NCBI GenBank assembly: GCA_950097015.1
Contig: CATNEN010000038.1
Coordinates: 9,362,001 to 9,426,000, forward strand
DNA from: Macrostomum hystrix
Lineage: Eukaryota; Animalia; Platyhelminthes
Length of the DNA: 64,000 nt
Direction: 5' to 3'
Shown here: piece by piece, positions 10,815-22,464 of the stretch
Numbering within the stretch: the first letter of the stretch is position 1
How the letters are laid out: each line of letters begins with the position of its first letter
Made by a program: the position numbers and the translations under genes
The notes under the pieces: generated by a model
What the model was told of the DNA's origin: nothing
Databases searched by the model: none
What the model saw: only the letters and a program-made list of their open reading frames with translations

Positions 10815-13800
10815 TCAAACTGAGCTGACAATGCATTCCACTACCATCAGCGCTGCCTCATCGGGGTTGGCCGCCCCGTCTGCTCCATCCATGCATGCAA
10901 GCTCCTGTCGCCTTTTCCTTCTGCGCATCGTCCGCCTCTGGCAGCTCCAGCATCTGGCTCCAGCGTCTCCTTGATCAGCGTCGGCGACGAGCTGGTCCAA
11001 CTGCCGCAGCTCCACCTGCTCATCGGCCAGAGCTGCCAGCTGGTTTCTGCTGATGCCGACAGCGGAGATCGAGGGGGTGCCGCTGCCGCCGGCGCGGTCG
11101 CCGCCATTGCCGACTCTGCCACCGCCCCGGCAGCAGAAGTTGACTCCAGCGGCGCCGCCTTCGCGGCACCTGCCGCAGCCGACTAGGCTAATTAGCAGCC
11201 GCCTGTACTGCTGGTTCATGAAGGTGTAGAACAGCGGATTCAGGCAAGCATTCGAGTAGCACAGGATCCACGACAGGATGTACACGGCGTCGCTCTTCTT
11301 GACGCTGCTCCGGCCGGTCATGATGAGGTTGTCTAGCACATGCCAGGGCAGGTTGGCCAGCAGGAATGAGGTCAGGACGCAGGTGACCATGCGGAATGAT
11401 TTGCCGAAACGATTTGGCTGGACGCTGGCCCGGCGGAGGGCGAGGCTCGAGGATGCTCCGGCGCTGCTGGCGTGGCTTGCCGTGTCGACTGCAACTCCGG
11501 AGGTCACGTTTTTCTGTCGGGGGTGGGGCGGTTTGGCGTCTGTCTTGCCGGACAGGTGTAACAGGTTTGTGTCTCTCCAACAGGTGTAAAATATGTGTGT
11601 TATCCGACAGTTGTAACAGTTGAGCGTTAATCTAACATGTCAAGCAAGTATAGTAGGTGTCTGTCTAACAGGTGGGTTTGTGTCTACCATGTGTAACATA
11701 TGTGTTTAAGGCTAACAGCTGTAACTGGGAGTTTGTGGCTGACAGGTGTAACAGGTGGGTTTGTTGCTGACAGGTGTAACAGGTGGGTTTGTTGCTGACA
11801 GGTGTAACAGGTGGGTTTGTTGCTGACAGGTGTAACAGGTGGGTTTGTTGCTGACAGGTATAACAGGTGGGTTTGTTGCTGACAGGTGTAACAGGTGGGT
11901 TTGTTGCTGACAGGTGTAACAGGTGGGTTTGTTGCTGACAGGTGTAACAGGTGGGTTTGTTGCTGACAGGTGTAACAGGTGGGTTTGTTGCTGACAGGTG
12001 TAACAGGTGGGTTTGTTTATAACAGGTGGGTTTGTTGCTGACAGGTGTAACAGGTGGGTTTGTTGCTGACAGGTGTAACAGGTGGGTTTGTTGCTGACAG
12101 GTATAACAGGTGGGTTTGTTGCTGACAGGTGTAACAGGTGGGTTTGTTGCTGACAGGTGTAACAGGTGGGTTTGTTGCTGACAGGTATAACAGGTTGGTT
12201 TGTTGCTGACAGGTGTAACAGGTGGGTTTGTTGCTGACAGGTGTAACAGGTGGGTTTGTTGCTGACAGGTATAACAGGTTGGTTTGTTGCTGACAGGTGT
12301 AACAGGTGGGTTTGTTGCTGACAGGTGTAACAGGTGGGTTTGTTGCTGACAGGTGTAACAGGTGGGTTTGTTGCTGACAGGTGTAACAGGTGGGTTTGTT
12401 GCTGACAGGTGTAGTTTTTTAGGTTTTAGTTTTTTTGTGTGACATGCAAGTGTCTGTCTTACAGGTTGACTAGATGGATACCTTCTAGTTTAGTATTTCG
12501 TCCTTTTTTACAAGAAACTACGAGCTGTAGCCATCGCAGCGGCTACAATTTTGTTAGAATTCGCCAGCTCATAATCTAACCGTAATTTAGCAGGTCAGAG
12601 GAAGAGTGACAGAAAATAGGCAGCTAATTGAGGCTCCCGTCTGCTCTTTGATGTGTAGCTTTGCTTAGAGAGTGCTGCTTAAACAACTGCTATTCTCTGT
12701 AGTGAAGCTCTCCCTGTATTTGTTCTCAAATTTTGAAAAAAAACGCCCACCTATTGTGTCAGTTGTAGGGAGCAAATTTTTAGTACCTGATGACGAGGAC
12801 TGATGTGCCGAGACAAACTTTCCTAGAGAAATTCACTTTAATTGATGGGATTTTTTCATAGCAATCTTGTAATTAATTAAGCATAGGCCCTTTACAATGA
12901 CCGAGAGCTACTGTCAGTAAAAGTCTTATCAGCATGGGAGGTTGGGTGTCGAATCACTTAATTAATTAACACTCTTAAGATCCTATAAGAGTGTACACTG
13001 CCTGACGATGAGAAAGTCATGCCAGATGTACACACCTGTGTGAAATGGCACTATACTCCAGTACTAATAGCCCCAGCGAGTAAACCTATTTGCAAACATA
13101 GGAAATACTCGTAATAGTAATACTCGGTCATTGTAAACTTTGGATGCCGCGCTAAACATTCAAACAATGGGATGCCTCAACGGAGTTAAACAGGGAGCAG
13201 GTTGAGAGCAGCCAGGTGCTTAGAGCCGCTGCCCTAATTTGATATGGGTATAGAGGAGAGAGATGAAAAGAGATTGGTCCGAGATGAAAGTAGATGAGTC
13301 AGAGATGAAGGGAGATTGGTCAGAAATGAATGGAGAGAGGAGAGAGATGAGGGGAAAGAGGTCAGAGATGAAGGGAAAGAGGAGAGAGATGAAGGGAAAG
13401 AGGAGAGAGATGAAGGGAGAGAGGAGAGAGATGAAGGGAGAGAGGAGAGAGATGAAGGGAGAGAGCAGAGAGATGAAGTGAGAGAGCAGAGAGATGAAGG
13501 GAGAGAGCAAAGAGATGAAGGGAGAGAGCAGAGAGATGAAGGGAGAGAGAAGAGAGATGAAGGGAAAGAGGAGAGAGATGAGGGAGAGAGAAGATAGATG
13601 AAGGGTGAGTGGAGAGAGATGAAGGGAGAGAGGAGAGAGATGAGGGGAAAGAGGTCAGAGATGAAGGGAAAGAGGAGAGAGATGAAGGGAAAGAGGAGAG
13701 AGATGAAGGGAGAGAGGAGAGAGATGAAGGGAAAGAGGAGAGAGATGAAGGGAAAGAGGAGAGAGATAAAGGGAAAGAGGAGAGAGATGAGGGAGAGAGA

Positions 13801-14969
13801 AGATAGATGAAGGGTGAGTGGAGAGAGATGAAGGGAGAGAGGAGAGAGATGAGGGGAAAGAGGTCAGAGATGAAGGGAAAGAGGAGAGAGATGAAGGGAA
13901 AGAGGAGAGAGATGAAGGGAGAGAGGAGAGAGATGAAGGGAAAGAGGAGAGAGATGAAGGGAGAGAGCAGAGAGATGAAGTGAGAGAGCAGAGAGATGAA
14001 GGGAGAGAGCAAAGAGATGAAGGGAGAGAGCAGAGAGATGAAGGGAGAGAGAAGAGAGATGAAGGGAGAGAGGAGAGCGATGAAGGATAGAAGACAGAGA
14101 TAAAGAGTAATTCTGCGTCGTACTTCTGACCAAGATTTAACAATGAGCGATGAGATGAACGACAGTAAACGTTACGATGAATCAACTCGACCTCAGATTG
14201 CCCTCGCCCTCGACCTCACCCTGAGGCTTCCGCAGCCTCCGCTGCACGCGCCACGCCGGCCACGGACCGTGCGCCGACTGCTCCGCAGAATTCGCAGCAC
14301 CACAGCAGCGTAGAAGAACAGCAGCAGGGCGATTGGCAGGTAGAGCGCCACAGTGCGCTGCGCCAGTGCCGCCGATGTGTTGGCGTAGATCGGGTGCGTG
14401 CAGGACAGGCCGCCGGTGCCGTTGACCGCCGGTGCCTGCCGGCTTCTGTAGCCGCTCGCCGCCACCCAGACAGGGAAGACCAGGACATTGCGCAGCAGGG
14501 TGAACAGCCAGAGACCCGCGCAGACGCGCAGCTGATTGGCCCGGTGCATCCAGCGCTTGTGCAGGAACACGCAGTTGGTTGCTAGGAAACGGTCGAAGGC
14601 CACGGCGGTGACGCTCAGAACGCCGACGTTGGTGCTGACGTAGTCGCAGAGAATCCACAGGTCGCAGGTCCACATCGGCAGCGGCCAGGCTGGCTGGCTC
14701 AGCGTGTCAATGAGGTAGCCGGGCAGGGCGCAGCAGCCAATCATGACGTCGCTGGCCACCATCAGCCAGACGATGAAGGCGTGCCCGGGCACACGGCGTA
14801 GCCGGCGGTCGCGCCCGAAGGCCACGAGGATGCCGGCGTTGACGGCGGTGATGTAAGCGCTGAGAACGGCGCCGAGGCAGCCGTAGACAATCTGCTGGCT
14901 GCGAGTGTAGCGAGGTGCCAGCAATGCTCCAGGTTGGCTGTCGTTGAGTTCGCTGAGGCTTGAAGACAT
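10815..14969 (-). CDS. Class A (rhodopsin-like) GPCR, aminergic muscarinic/histamine-receptor-like, 2 coding exons
   Basis: Exons 14969-14220 and 11513-10815, joined by a phase-0 intron in ICL3 (GTGAGG...CCGACAG). TM3 WILCDYVSTN carries Asp3.32, followed by DRF; TM5 LYLP; TM7 WILCYSNACLNPLFY (NPxxY). Confidence 0.88.
11738..12412. repeat. 28-bp minisatellite (GACAGGTGTAACAGGTGGGTTTGTTGCT) in the GPCR intron
   Basis: ~24 tandem copies with a degenerate flank from ~11550. Confidence 0.95.
13253..14090. repeat. 21-bp polypurine minisatellite in the GPCR intron, with ~210-bp higher-order blocks
   Basis: GAGAGAGATGAAGGGAGAGAG-type units. Confidence 0.93.
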
Positions 14970-15264
14970 TGTAGCTAGGGCTCAGAAAAAAAATTAAATC
15001 ACTGGGCTGCAAGCTGCTGCCGATGCTGCTGATGCTGATGCTGATGCTGATGATGATGGTGGTGACCTGTCGTAATTTTGTTAAATCACCTGCGCAATTG
15101 CTGCTCCCTAACTCCCTAACTGCCAGTGGACCAATCCCAGCAGACCAATAAGAGGACACAAAATGCCTGGCAATTTGCAGTGATAAACTGTTTTTCAAAA
15201 GAAAAAGAAATTATTATTTTCTTTCAATGTTCAATTGTCACAGGCGAATGCCGAAAATCATGGG

Positions 15265-15790
15265 AAGAGAGAAGAGTGATAAAGGGATTTGGAAGGTTGA
15301 TGAAGGGGAGGGAAGAGTGATGAAGGGATAGGTAGGAGCAATGAAGGGAGAGTTTAGAGTGATGAAGGGATAGGTATAGGAGCGATGAAGGGGGAGTGAA
15401 GAGTGATGAAGGGGGAGGGAAGAGTGATGAAGGGGGAGGGAAGAGTGATGAAGGGATTAAGAAGAGTGATGAAGGGATTAAGAAGAGTGATAAAGGGATA
15501 GGGAAGAGTGATGAAGGGATAGGTATAGGAGCGATGAAGGGGGAGTGAAGAGTGATGAAGGGGGAGGGAAGAGTGATGAAGGGGGAGGGAAGAGTGATGA
15601 AGGGATTAAGAAGAGTGATGAAGGGATTAAGAAGAGTGATGAGGGGATAGGGAAGAGTGATGAGGGGATAGGGAAGAGTGATGAGGGGATAGGGAGGAGC
15701 GATGAAGGGGGAGTGAAGAGTAATGAAGGGGGAGGGAAGAGTGATGAAGGCGGAGGGAAGAGTGATTAAGGTAGAGAGAAGATCGATAAA
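15265..15790. repeat. 21-bp polypurine minisatellite (GAAGAGTGATGAAGGGGGAGG) upstream of the GPCR
   Basis: Tandem copies. Confidence 0.9.
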
Positions 15791-16244
15791 GAGACAGAGA
15801 AGAGAGAAGATTTTGAAAAATGAGGCGTGACGGTTCCAGGTAGCTGTAATTTGATACATGTATAGCAAATAAGTGGCGGCAGAGAACGCAAGGCGACGTG
15901 TCCTGCAACAAAGACTCATCAAAGAGGTGGTGACAAAGCAGGGTGGACGGAGGCTGCCGTAGCGTCTGAGGCCGCGGAATCTACTGTCGACAGGCCGCGA
16001 GCGCGCGTTTTATTCTGTCCTGAAACCGGACCTAAAAATCTACTGTCGCTTGTTTTTGCTTTTTAAAAAGCAAAGCACGCTTTCACCGTCTACTGCAGTT
16101 AACCCCCTGGGGGGCGTCACGACACCTGACCTACCAGCCCCGTCAGACACTGCTAAGTCGTTTTTGCAGTTTTCTTTAATAAATTGTGGGATTTAGTCGC
16201 GGGCCCGTTCGTATTGACGCGAGCAATGCATAATTGCGGAGTGT

Positions 16245-16520
16245 TTGCCTCTCGCACCAAGGTCCCTGAGCTCGATTCCGCGGCGAGGCAACATTTATTG
16301 GCTTGTCGTACAATTTCACGCCTTTTAGGGCCAACCTACAAGGTGCAGTGAGAGTGTACACCGCCTGACGATGAGAAAGTCCGGGCAGATGTACACACCT
16401 GTGTGAGCGGTGAGCTCATTAGTCAGCGGAATCGGCAGAATTGCCTCCTCACTGACTGTGGATCAACTGTCACATAAATGTGGTGCCAGTGACCACAGGC
16501 CTCATTAAAATAACAATAAT
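16245..16520 (+). mobile_element. SINE family B copy
   Basis: Similar to 10025-10250 and 45666-45960. Confidence 0.78.
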
Positions 16521-16994
16521 ATTATTTTTAGAAATATTATGTAAGTAAATGCATTGATGAGGGGCCCGTGGGGCACTTGTCGCACAAGCGACGGAGCGGC
16601 ACGCCCCCAGACCGGCGAACTAGGCGCTTTTGCGCCCATCACGCCGCCTCCCCTGAGCAGGCACCACACACAGCAGCACAGACCAGCCGGGGAGGGCAGG
16701 AGGCACCCAAAATAGGCAGCAGTGCCCCCCACCCCAGCCCCACACGCACAGAGCAGACCAAGCCGGGGCGGAAGGCTGATATGAAATCCAGAAAGCGCGC
16801 GGCGGTGTACACCCGACCCCAGCCACCCCCCGCAAGGCCTCACGCCCCAGCGCCAACACAACTCACACAACGCAGAACAGGCACACAGAAGGTAGGACCG
16901 AAGCTATTATTTCAAGCTTTAATTGCACGAAATATGGTGCACCTCCGCCGGTCGCTACTGTCCAAAACCCTCCAACAAGTCCCGAAATTAATCG

Positions 16995-17070
16995 TGACTT
17001 GAAGGGAGAATCGAACTAGGGTCCATTGGAGTGCGAGGCAGCGACGCTAGCCGCTGACCTACTCGCCCCC
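16995..17070 (-). mobile_element. tRNA-like SINE head (third family or pseudo-tRNA)
   Basis: Minus strand GGGGCGAGTAGGTCAGCGGCTAGCGTCGCTGCCTCGCACTCC...AGTTCGATTCTCCC has A/B-box-like motifs. Confidence 0.5.
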
Positions 17071-18167
17071 TGCACACAGCTCGTAATTTCCTGTTAAGAA
17101 TACTTGTAAAAAGACTTTGAAATAAAAAATCACTTCTCATTTCGCAGTCATGCATTATTTATTGCGAGACTTAATTATGTGTAGCAATTAGGAATTCAGT
17201 TCTACAAATGTTTTATATTTTGCAATGTCACAAGTACTTTCATGGTGTTAAACATTCTTGTTGCAACCAGTTTTCATAAAAAAATACAAAATTAAATTCA
17301 GAGAAAACCAGGGTACAAAAGAAGCCAACAAGCAGTAATTAAACAAAAATGCACATTTGGTGCGCGCAGCAGAAAATAAACAAAGAAAAGATTGCAATCC
17401 TATCTTAAACCATTTGACACTGCCTAAATGTACAAGTCAATGTAAATTGAAATGTGCATCCGATTGTACGCATTAATCTACATGAACTATATAGTTCCTA
17501 ACGTACATATCATTGTACGTAGTATTGTACATCCGAATGTACGCATCAATGTACATAGAACTAGTTCCTAATGTACAAATAAATGTACTTAGGACTTCAA
17601 ATCGGAATTCACGCTTCAAATTAATGTGCATAGAACTGCACATTGCTAAGCGTATGCTAAATTTTTTATGCACTTACAAAGTTGCCCTCTACAGAAGGTA
17701 CAAATTGATGTCTTCATGTTCGTTAATAAGCTAGAAGTAAAATGTGACTGGGTTTGATTAACCAGTCCGAGTACAAAAATGAAAAAAAGTATTTTGTGAG
17801 CAAAGAAATCAACTCTAACAATGTGAGAGAAGTCTAATAGAATTATTTTTGTGAAAACTGTTTTTCCTTTTAGGAGTTATAAACCTTGGCTTGCAAGCTA
17901 CTTGTTACTACTAAAAGTAAAAAATAAGCACATTTATCGGCCGTGCATTAGAATTGAAAGGCTTGGCGATTAAGATTAGCGGAAACCAGGATCCAAGTTA
18001 CAAAATAAATTAATAATTTTGTGACTTCTTGTAAGAAAAGCAAGGACAGGTAGAAATAATTTATATAGGCATCCCATTTTAAATTAACATCCCTTTAAAT
18101 TCATAAAAGCTAGATACTGGACTGAGTCTCTTTAACGCGAGCAGTGTCCTTATTATTTATTTCTGGA

Positions 18168-21100
18168 TCACACATCCGCAATCGCGAAGAGCAGCGATCT
18201 GAGCACTCGCGCCTCAAATGTAACAGAATTGCGACCCGGCTGGGGGTCCTTCTGGGCCAAAGGATTCTCCACGAAGGCCTTCACACTGTAGCCATATCCT
18301 GTGGGAATCGGCGCGACAGTTTTGAGGTCAGTGAGGATGTGTCAGTGAGGATGTGTCAGTGAGGATGTGTGAGTAATGATGTTTCAGTGAGGATGCGTCA
18401 GTGAGGATGTGTCAGTGAGGATGTGTCAGTGAGGATGTGTCAGTGAGGATGTGTGAGTAATGATGTTTCAGTGAGGATGTGTGAGTAATGATGTTTCAGT
18501 GAGGATGTGTCAGTGAGGATGTGTGAGTAATGATGTTTCAGTGAGGATGTGTGAGTAATGATGTTTCAGTGAGGATGTGTCAGTGAGGATGTGTGAGTAA
18601 TGATGTTTCAGTGAGGATGTGTCAGTGAGGATGTGTGAGTAATGATGTTTCAGTGAGGATGTGTGAGTAATGATGTTTCAGTGAGGATGTGTGAGTAATG
18701 ATGTTTCAGTGAGGATGTGTCAGTGAGGATGTGTGAGTAATGATTTTTCAGTGAGGATGTGTCAGTGAGGATGTGTGAGTGAGGATGTGTGAGTGAGGAT
18801 GTGTCAGTGAGGATGTGTCAGTGAGGATGTGTCAGTGAGGATGTGTCAGTGAGGATGTGTGAGTGAGGATGTGTCAGTGAGGATGTGTGAGTGAGGATGT
18901 GTCAGTGAGGATGTGTGAGTGAGGATGTGTCAGTGATGATGCGTCAGTGATGATATGTCAGTGAATAAGTGTCAGTGAGAATTTGTCAGTGAGGATGCGT
19001 CAGTGAGAATATGTCAGTGATGATGTGTCAGTGATGATTTGTCAGTGAATAAGTGTCAGCGAGGAAGCGAACTGACTTAAACCATTTGTACTTACTTTCG
19101 CAGAGCTCAAGAAATTTGGCACAATCCTCCACCACGGAGTCCTTCAGGATGATCATTTGCTTGGCCAGGTTCTCCAGCAGTGACAGGAAACACCGTTTGG
19201 CGTAGTACCAGGTGTCAGTGCCCAGCTTCTTCTGATAGGGTTCCATGCTTTTGATGATGCGGCTGATACCGAACTCATAGTTACCCTTTGAGCAGTAGAG
19301 CGTGCCGATCACCAGGTTCACGATGCACGAGTGAAATATCTTCTTGTCCGGCTCTTCGTAGGCCACCTGACAGAATGTACAGGACAATTAGAAGATATGA
19401 GGATTGGACGACATGGGGATGGGAAGACATGAGGATGCGGAGAGATGGGGAAGACATGGGGATGGGAAGACATGAGGATGCGGAGAGATGGGGAAGACAT
19501 GGGGATGGGAAGTCATGAGGATGGGCAGAGATGGGGATGGGAAGACACGGGGATGGGAAGTCATGAGGATGGGCAGAGATGGGGATGGGAAGACACGGGG
19601 ATGGGAAGACATGAGAAAGGGAAGACTTAAGTATAGGAAGACTTTAGGATGGGAAGACATGAGGATGGGAAGTGATGGGGATGGAAAGACATGAGGAAGG
19701 GAAGACATGAGGAAGGGAAGACATGAGGAAGGGAAGACATGAGGATGGGAAGTGATGGGGATGGGAAGACATGGGGATGGGCAGAGATGGGGATGGGAAG
19801 ACACGGGGATGGGAAGACATGAGAAAGGGAAGACTTAAGGATGGGAAGACTTAAGGATGGTAAGACATGAGGATGGGAAGACTTAAGGATGGGAAGACTT
19901 AAGGATGGTAAGACATGAGGATGGGAAGACTTAAGGATGGGAAGACTTAAGGATGGTAAGACATGAGGATGGGAAGACTTAAGGATGGGAAGACATGAGG
20001 ATGGGAAGACACGGGGATGGGAAGGCATGAGGATGGGAAGACAGAGGGAAGAGAACACAGAGAGATTTCACTGTTCGAAAAACAGGGATGTGAAGCGACG
20101 GGAAACGAAGAAGATCGGAAGGCAAGGAGATTAGAAGTAGGGAAAATAAAGAACAGGAAGTCACCTGCTCCTCCTCTTTCTCGATCTTCCTCATCAGCTC
20201 CTCAGCGTCCTCGTTCTGGCTGACCATGATGTAGGAGACGCACAAGTTGGCCAGAACTGCGGCGCTCACGCCGAGAATGTTTTCATAGTTCTTCTTCACA
20301 ATGGGCTCGTAGAAGCTGGCGCTCTCCTTGTACTTGTCGCGCATAAACAGTACGTGTGCAACGTTTAACTTCCAGGCGTCGTGATCGTTGCAGAATTCCA
20401 CCGAGTTGCGGAATATCTTCTCGACTTCCGGGTAGTTCTCCCGGTCCCAGTAGATCTTGGCCTGCTGCATTAGCACGGGTATGTAGCGCTCCAGGGCTAG
20501 AAAAAATAGGGTGAGATGGCCATTAAAGATTGCTTACTCATAGTAGCGAGAAACGAGTGTGAATTTTGTTTTTATAAAAAAATTAATTAATTATTTTCTG
20601 CACGCTGCACATTTCTATTTGTTGCACGCCACTGGCATTTTATTTTTATCTTAAGGGCCTCTGACCCATAGACAGTTGAAGAGTGCAACAAGTCTGGCTG
20701 TGCCGTAATTCATAATTGGTGCAAGCTCCAAATATCTGTGGCCAAAAGTTATGGGCTGCTTAGCGAGAGAGTTATGGCCATAGACTAAATTATGTCTTGC
20801 AGATAACCCAAAGATAAAAATTAAACACGACCACCAAAATCAATAGTATATTAATGCCCTTAAAGGATGGGCATTACTGTTATTGTGCCACAGACACCCT
20901 TGCCACAGTAAGCCATTCCTGATGGTCGAGGCCTTTTACCGAGCACTTAATATCTATTAACTGCGTGGAAGAAACTATCTGGCATTAATTAATCTATTGC
21001 AATAAACGTGCATGATTTTCTGTCCACCTGGCAAAGAGGGCATGCTACAAAATAAATATGAAGTCCATCACCCAGACACCTAGTCGCTGACCTTCGTCAT

Positions 21101-22464
21101 ACTCATTGACGGCCCTTTTAACGGCTTCGTCGTCATGCTTCTGCCTGGCCTGCTGTACCATTTTGGTGAGCTTGCGCAGTGTCTCGGTCTGCCTGCTGGC
21201 CATCTCGTCGAGGCGCCTGTAGGCTTCCTCAGGCGCCGTCTGGCAGAGTATCACCGCCTCCAGGAAGTCCAGCAAATAGCCGGGCAGCAGCTTGTAGGCC
21301 AGTTCCGTGTTCTCTGCCAGCACGTCAGCGGCCAGATCGTGATAGTCGTACTTGACGTACAGCAGCAGCAGGTTGCCAAGCGTCTCGGGCGGGAAGCTGT
21401 CCTGCTGCAGTAGAAACTGAAGGCGCTGGAATCCTCCCGCAGCGTCGGCCTCCATGTTCATGAGGCCGAGGTTGTGCAGCGTGACCGGGTCGAGTTCCTC
21501 CTCGCTGCGTGGCGGCATGTCCGTCAGCGCGTCCTGCGCCTGGGCGGTGTTGCGCAAGTTGAACTCGATTGCCGCCTTCAGATTGAAAGCCTCGACTAGG
21601 GCCGTCTCGTGCAGCGTCAGCGAGTTCCCAACACTGCGCACCTACCGTTAATAAGGATTTCAATTAGGGACTTGTGACTGTGATTTGTGTTGGTTGCATC
21701 GATGAGAAAGTGATGAGCCCACCTCGATGCCCTCGGTTGTCATACCGACGCCCAGCTCTGGGTGGTCCCGGATGCCTTTCTCGATGACATCGGCGATGTA
21801 TTTCAGAGCCTGAGCGTACTGTCGCATCTGATAGTGACAGATGGCGATGTTGTAGGCCAGATCAGGCCGAAAGCTAACCACCTGCATAGCCTGGGAGAAT
21901 TTGGCGCACGCCTCCTGATACTTCCCCTCTTTGTACAGCAAGCAGCCAACGTTGATGACAGTGTCCGGGTCCTCTCTGGGACACTGGTCCACCAGAGCCC
22001 GCGAGCCCGCGAAGTCCTCTTCGCCGAACTTGATGGCCGCCTCTAGCTTTAGCACCTGGCTGCGGTAGGCGGGGTTCTCGATTTGCGCCACCACCTGCGG
22101 TAGGAAGATTGCGATGCGTGGAGTCCTTAGGCCATCTAAAATTCATTTAGACATTCGAAATGACGCTTATCTATACCTTTACTGCTTGCTGGAATAGCCC
22201 AGCCTGATACAGGCTCTGCGCAAAGTACAGTTGATACTCCGACGACTCTGGGCACAGCTGGGCCAGTCTCTCGTACGAATCGCTGGCCGAGACAAAGTCC
22301 TGCATCTGGTAGAAACAATAGCCCAACAGGGACAATGCTGCTCTTGAATCCGGATGCGTGGTGAGCTGGTGGTTGAGCGCCCCGACAGCCTCCTTATAGC
22401 GATGCTCTTTAATCATGCCATAAATTGTGGAGGTGAAGTGACCCTCCTTGATGTTGTGTGTCAT
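18168..22464 (-). CDS. IFT70: Intraflagellar transport protein 70 (TTC30/fleer/DYF-1), TPR protein, 6 exons
   Basis: Exons 22464-22177, 22094-21723, 21641-21092, 20496-20165, 19366-19096 and 18298-18168, all phase-compatible. Diagnostic peptides: DSRAALSLLGYCFY, HPELGVGMTTEGIEVRSVGN, DMPPRSEEELDPVTLHN, CIVNLVIGTLYCSKGNYEFGISRIIKS, KKLGTDTWYYAKRCFL. Confidence 0.96.
18328..19062. repeat. 14-bp minisatellite (GTGAGGATGTGTCA) filling IFT70 intron 5
   Basis: Tandem copies. Confidence 0.95.
19392..20045. repeat. 16-bp polypurine minisatellite (GGGAAGACATGAGGAT) in IFT70 intron 4
   Basis: Tandem copies. Confidence 0.92.

Noticed and set aside
12786-12818. Hammerhead-like CTGATGA...GAGAC, and CTGACGA in SINE B
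   Set aside because: GAAA core altered or stems II/III unconvincing.
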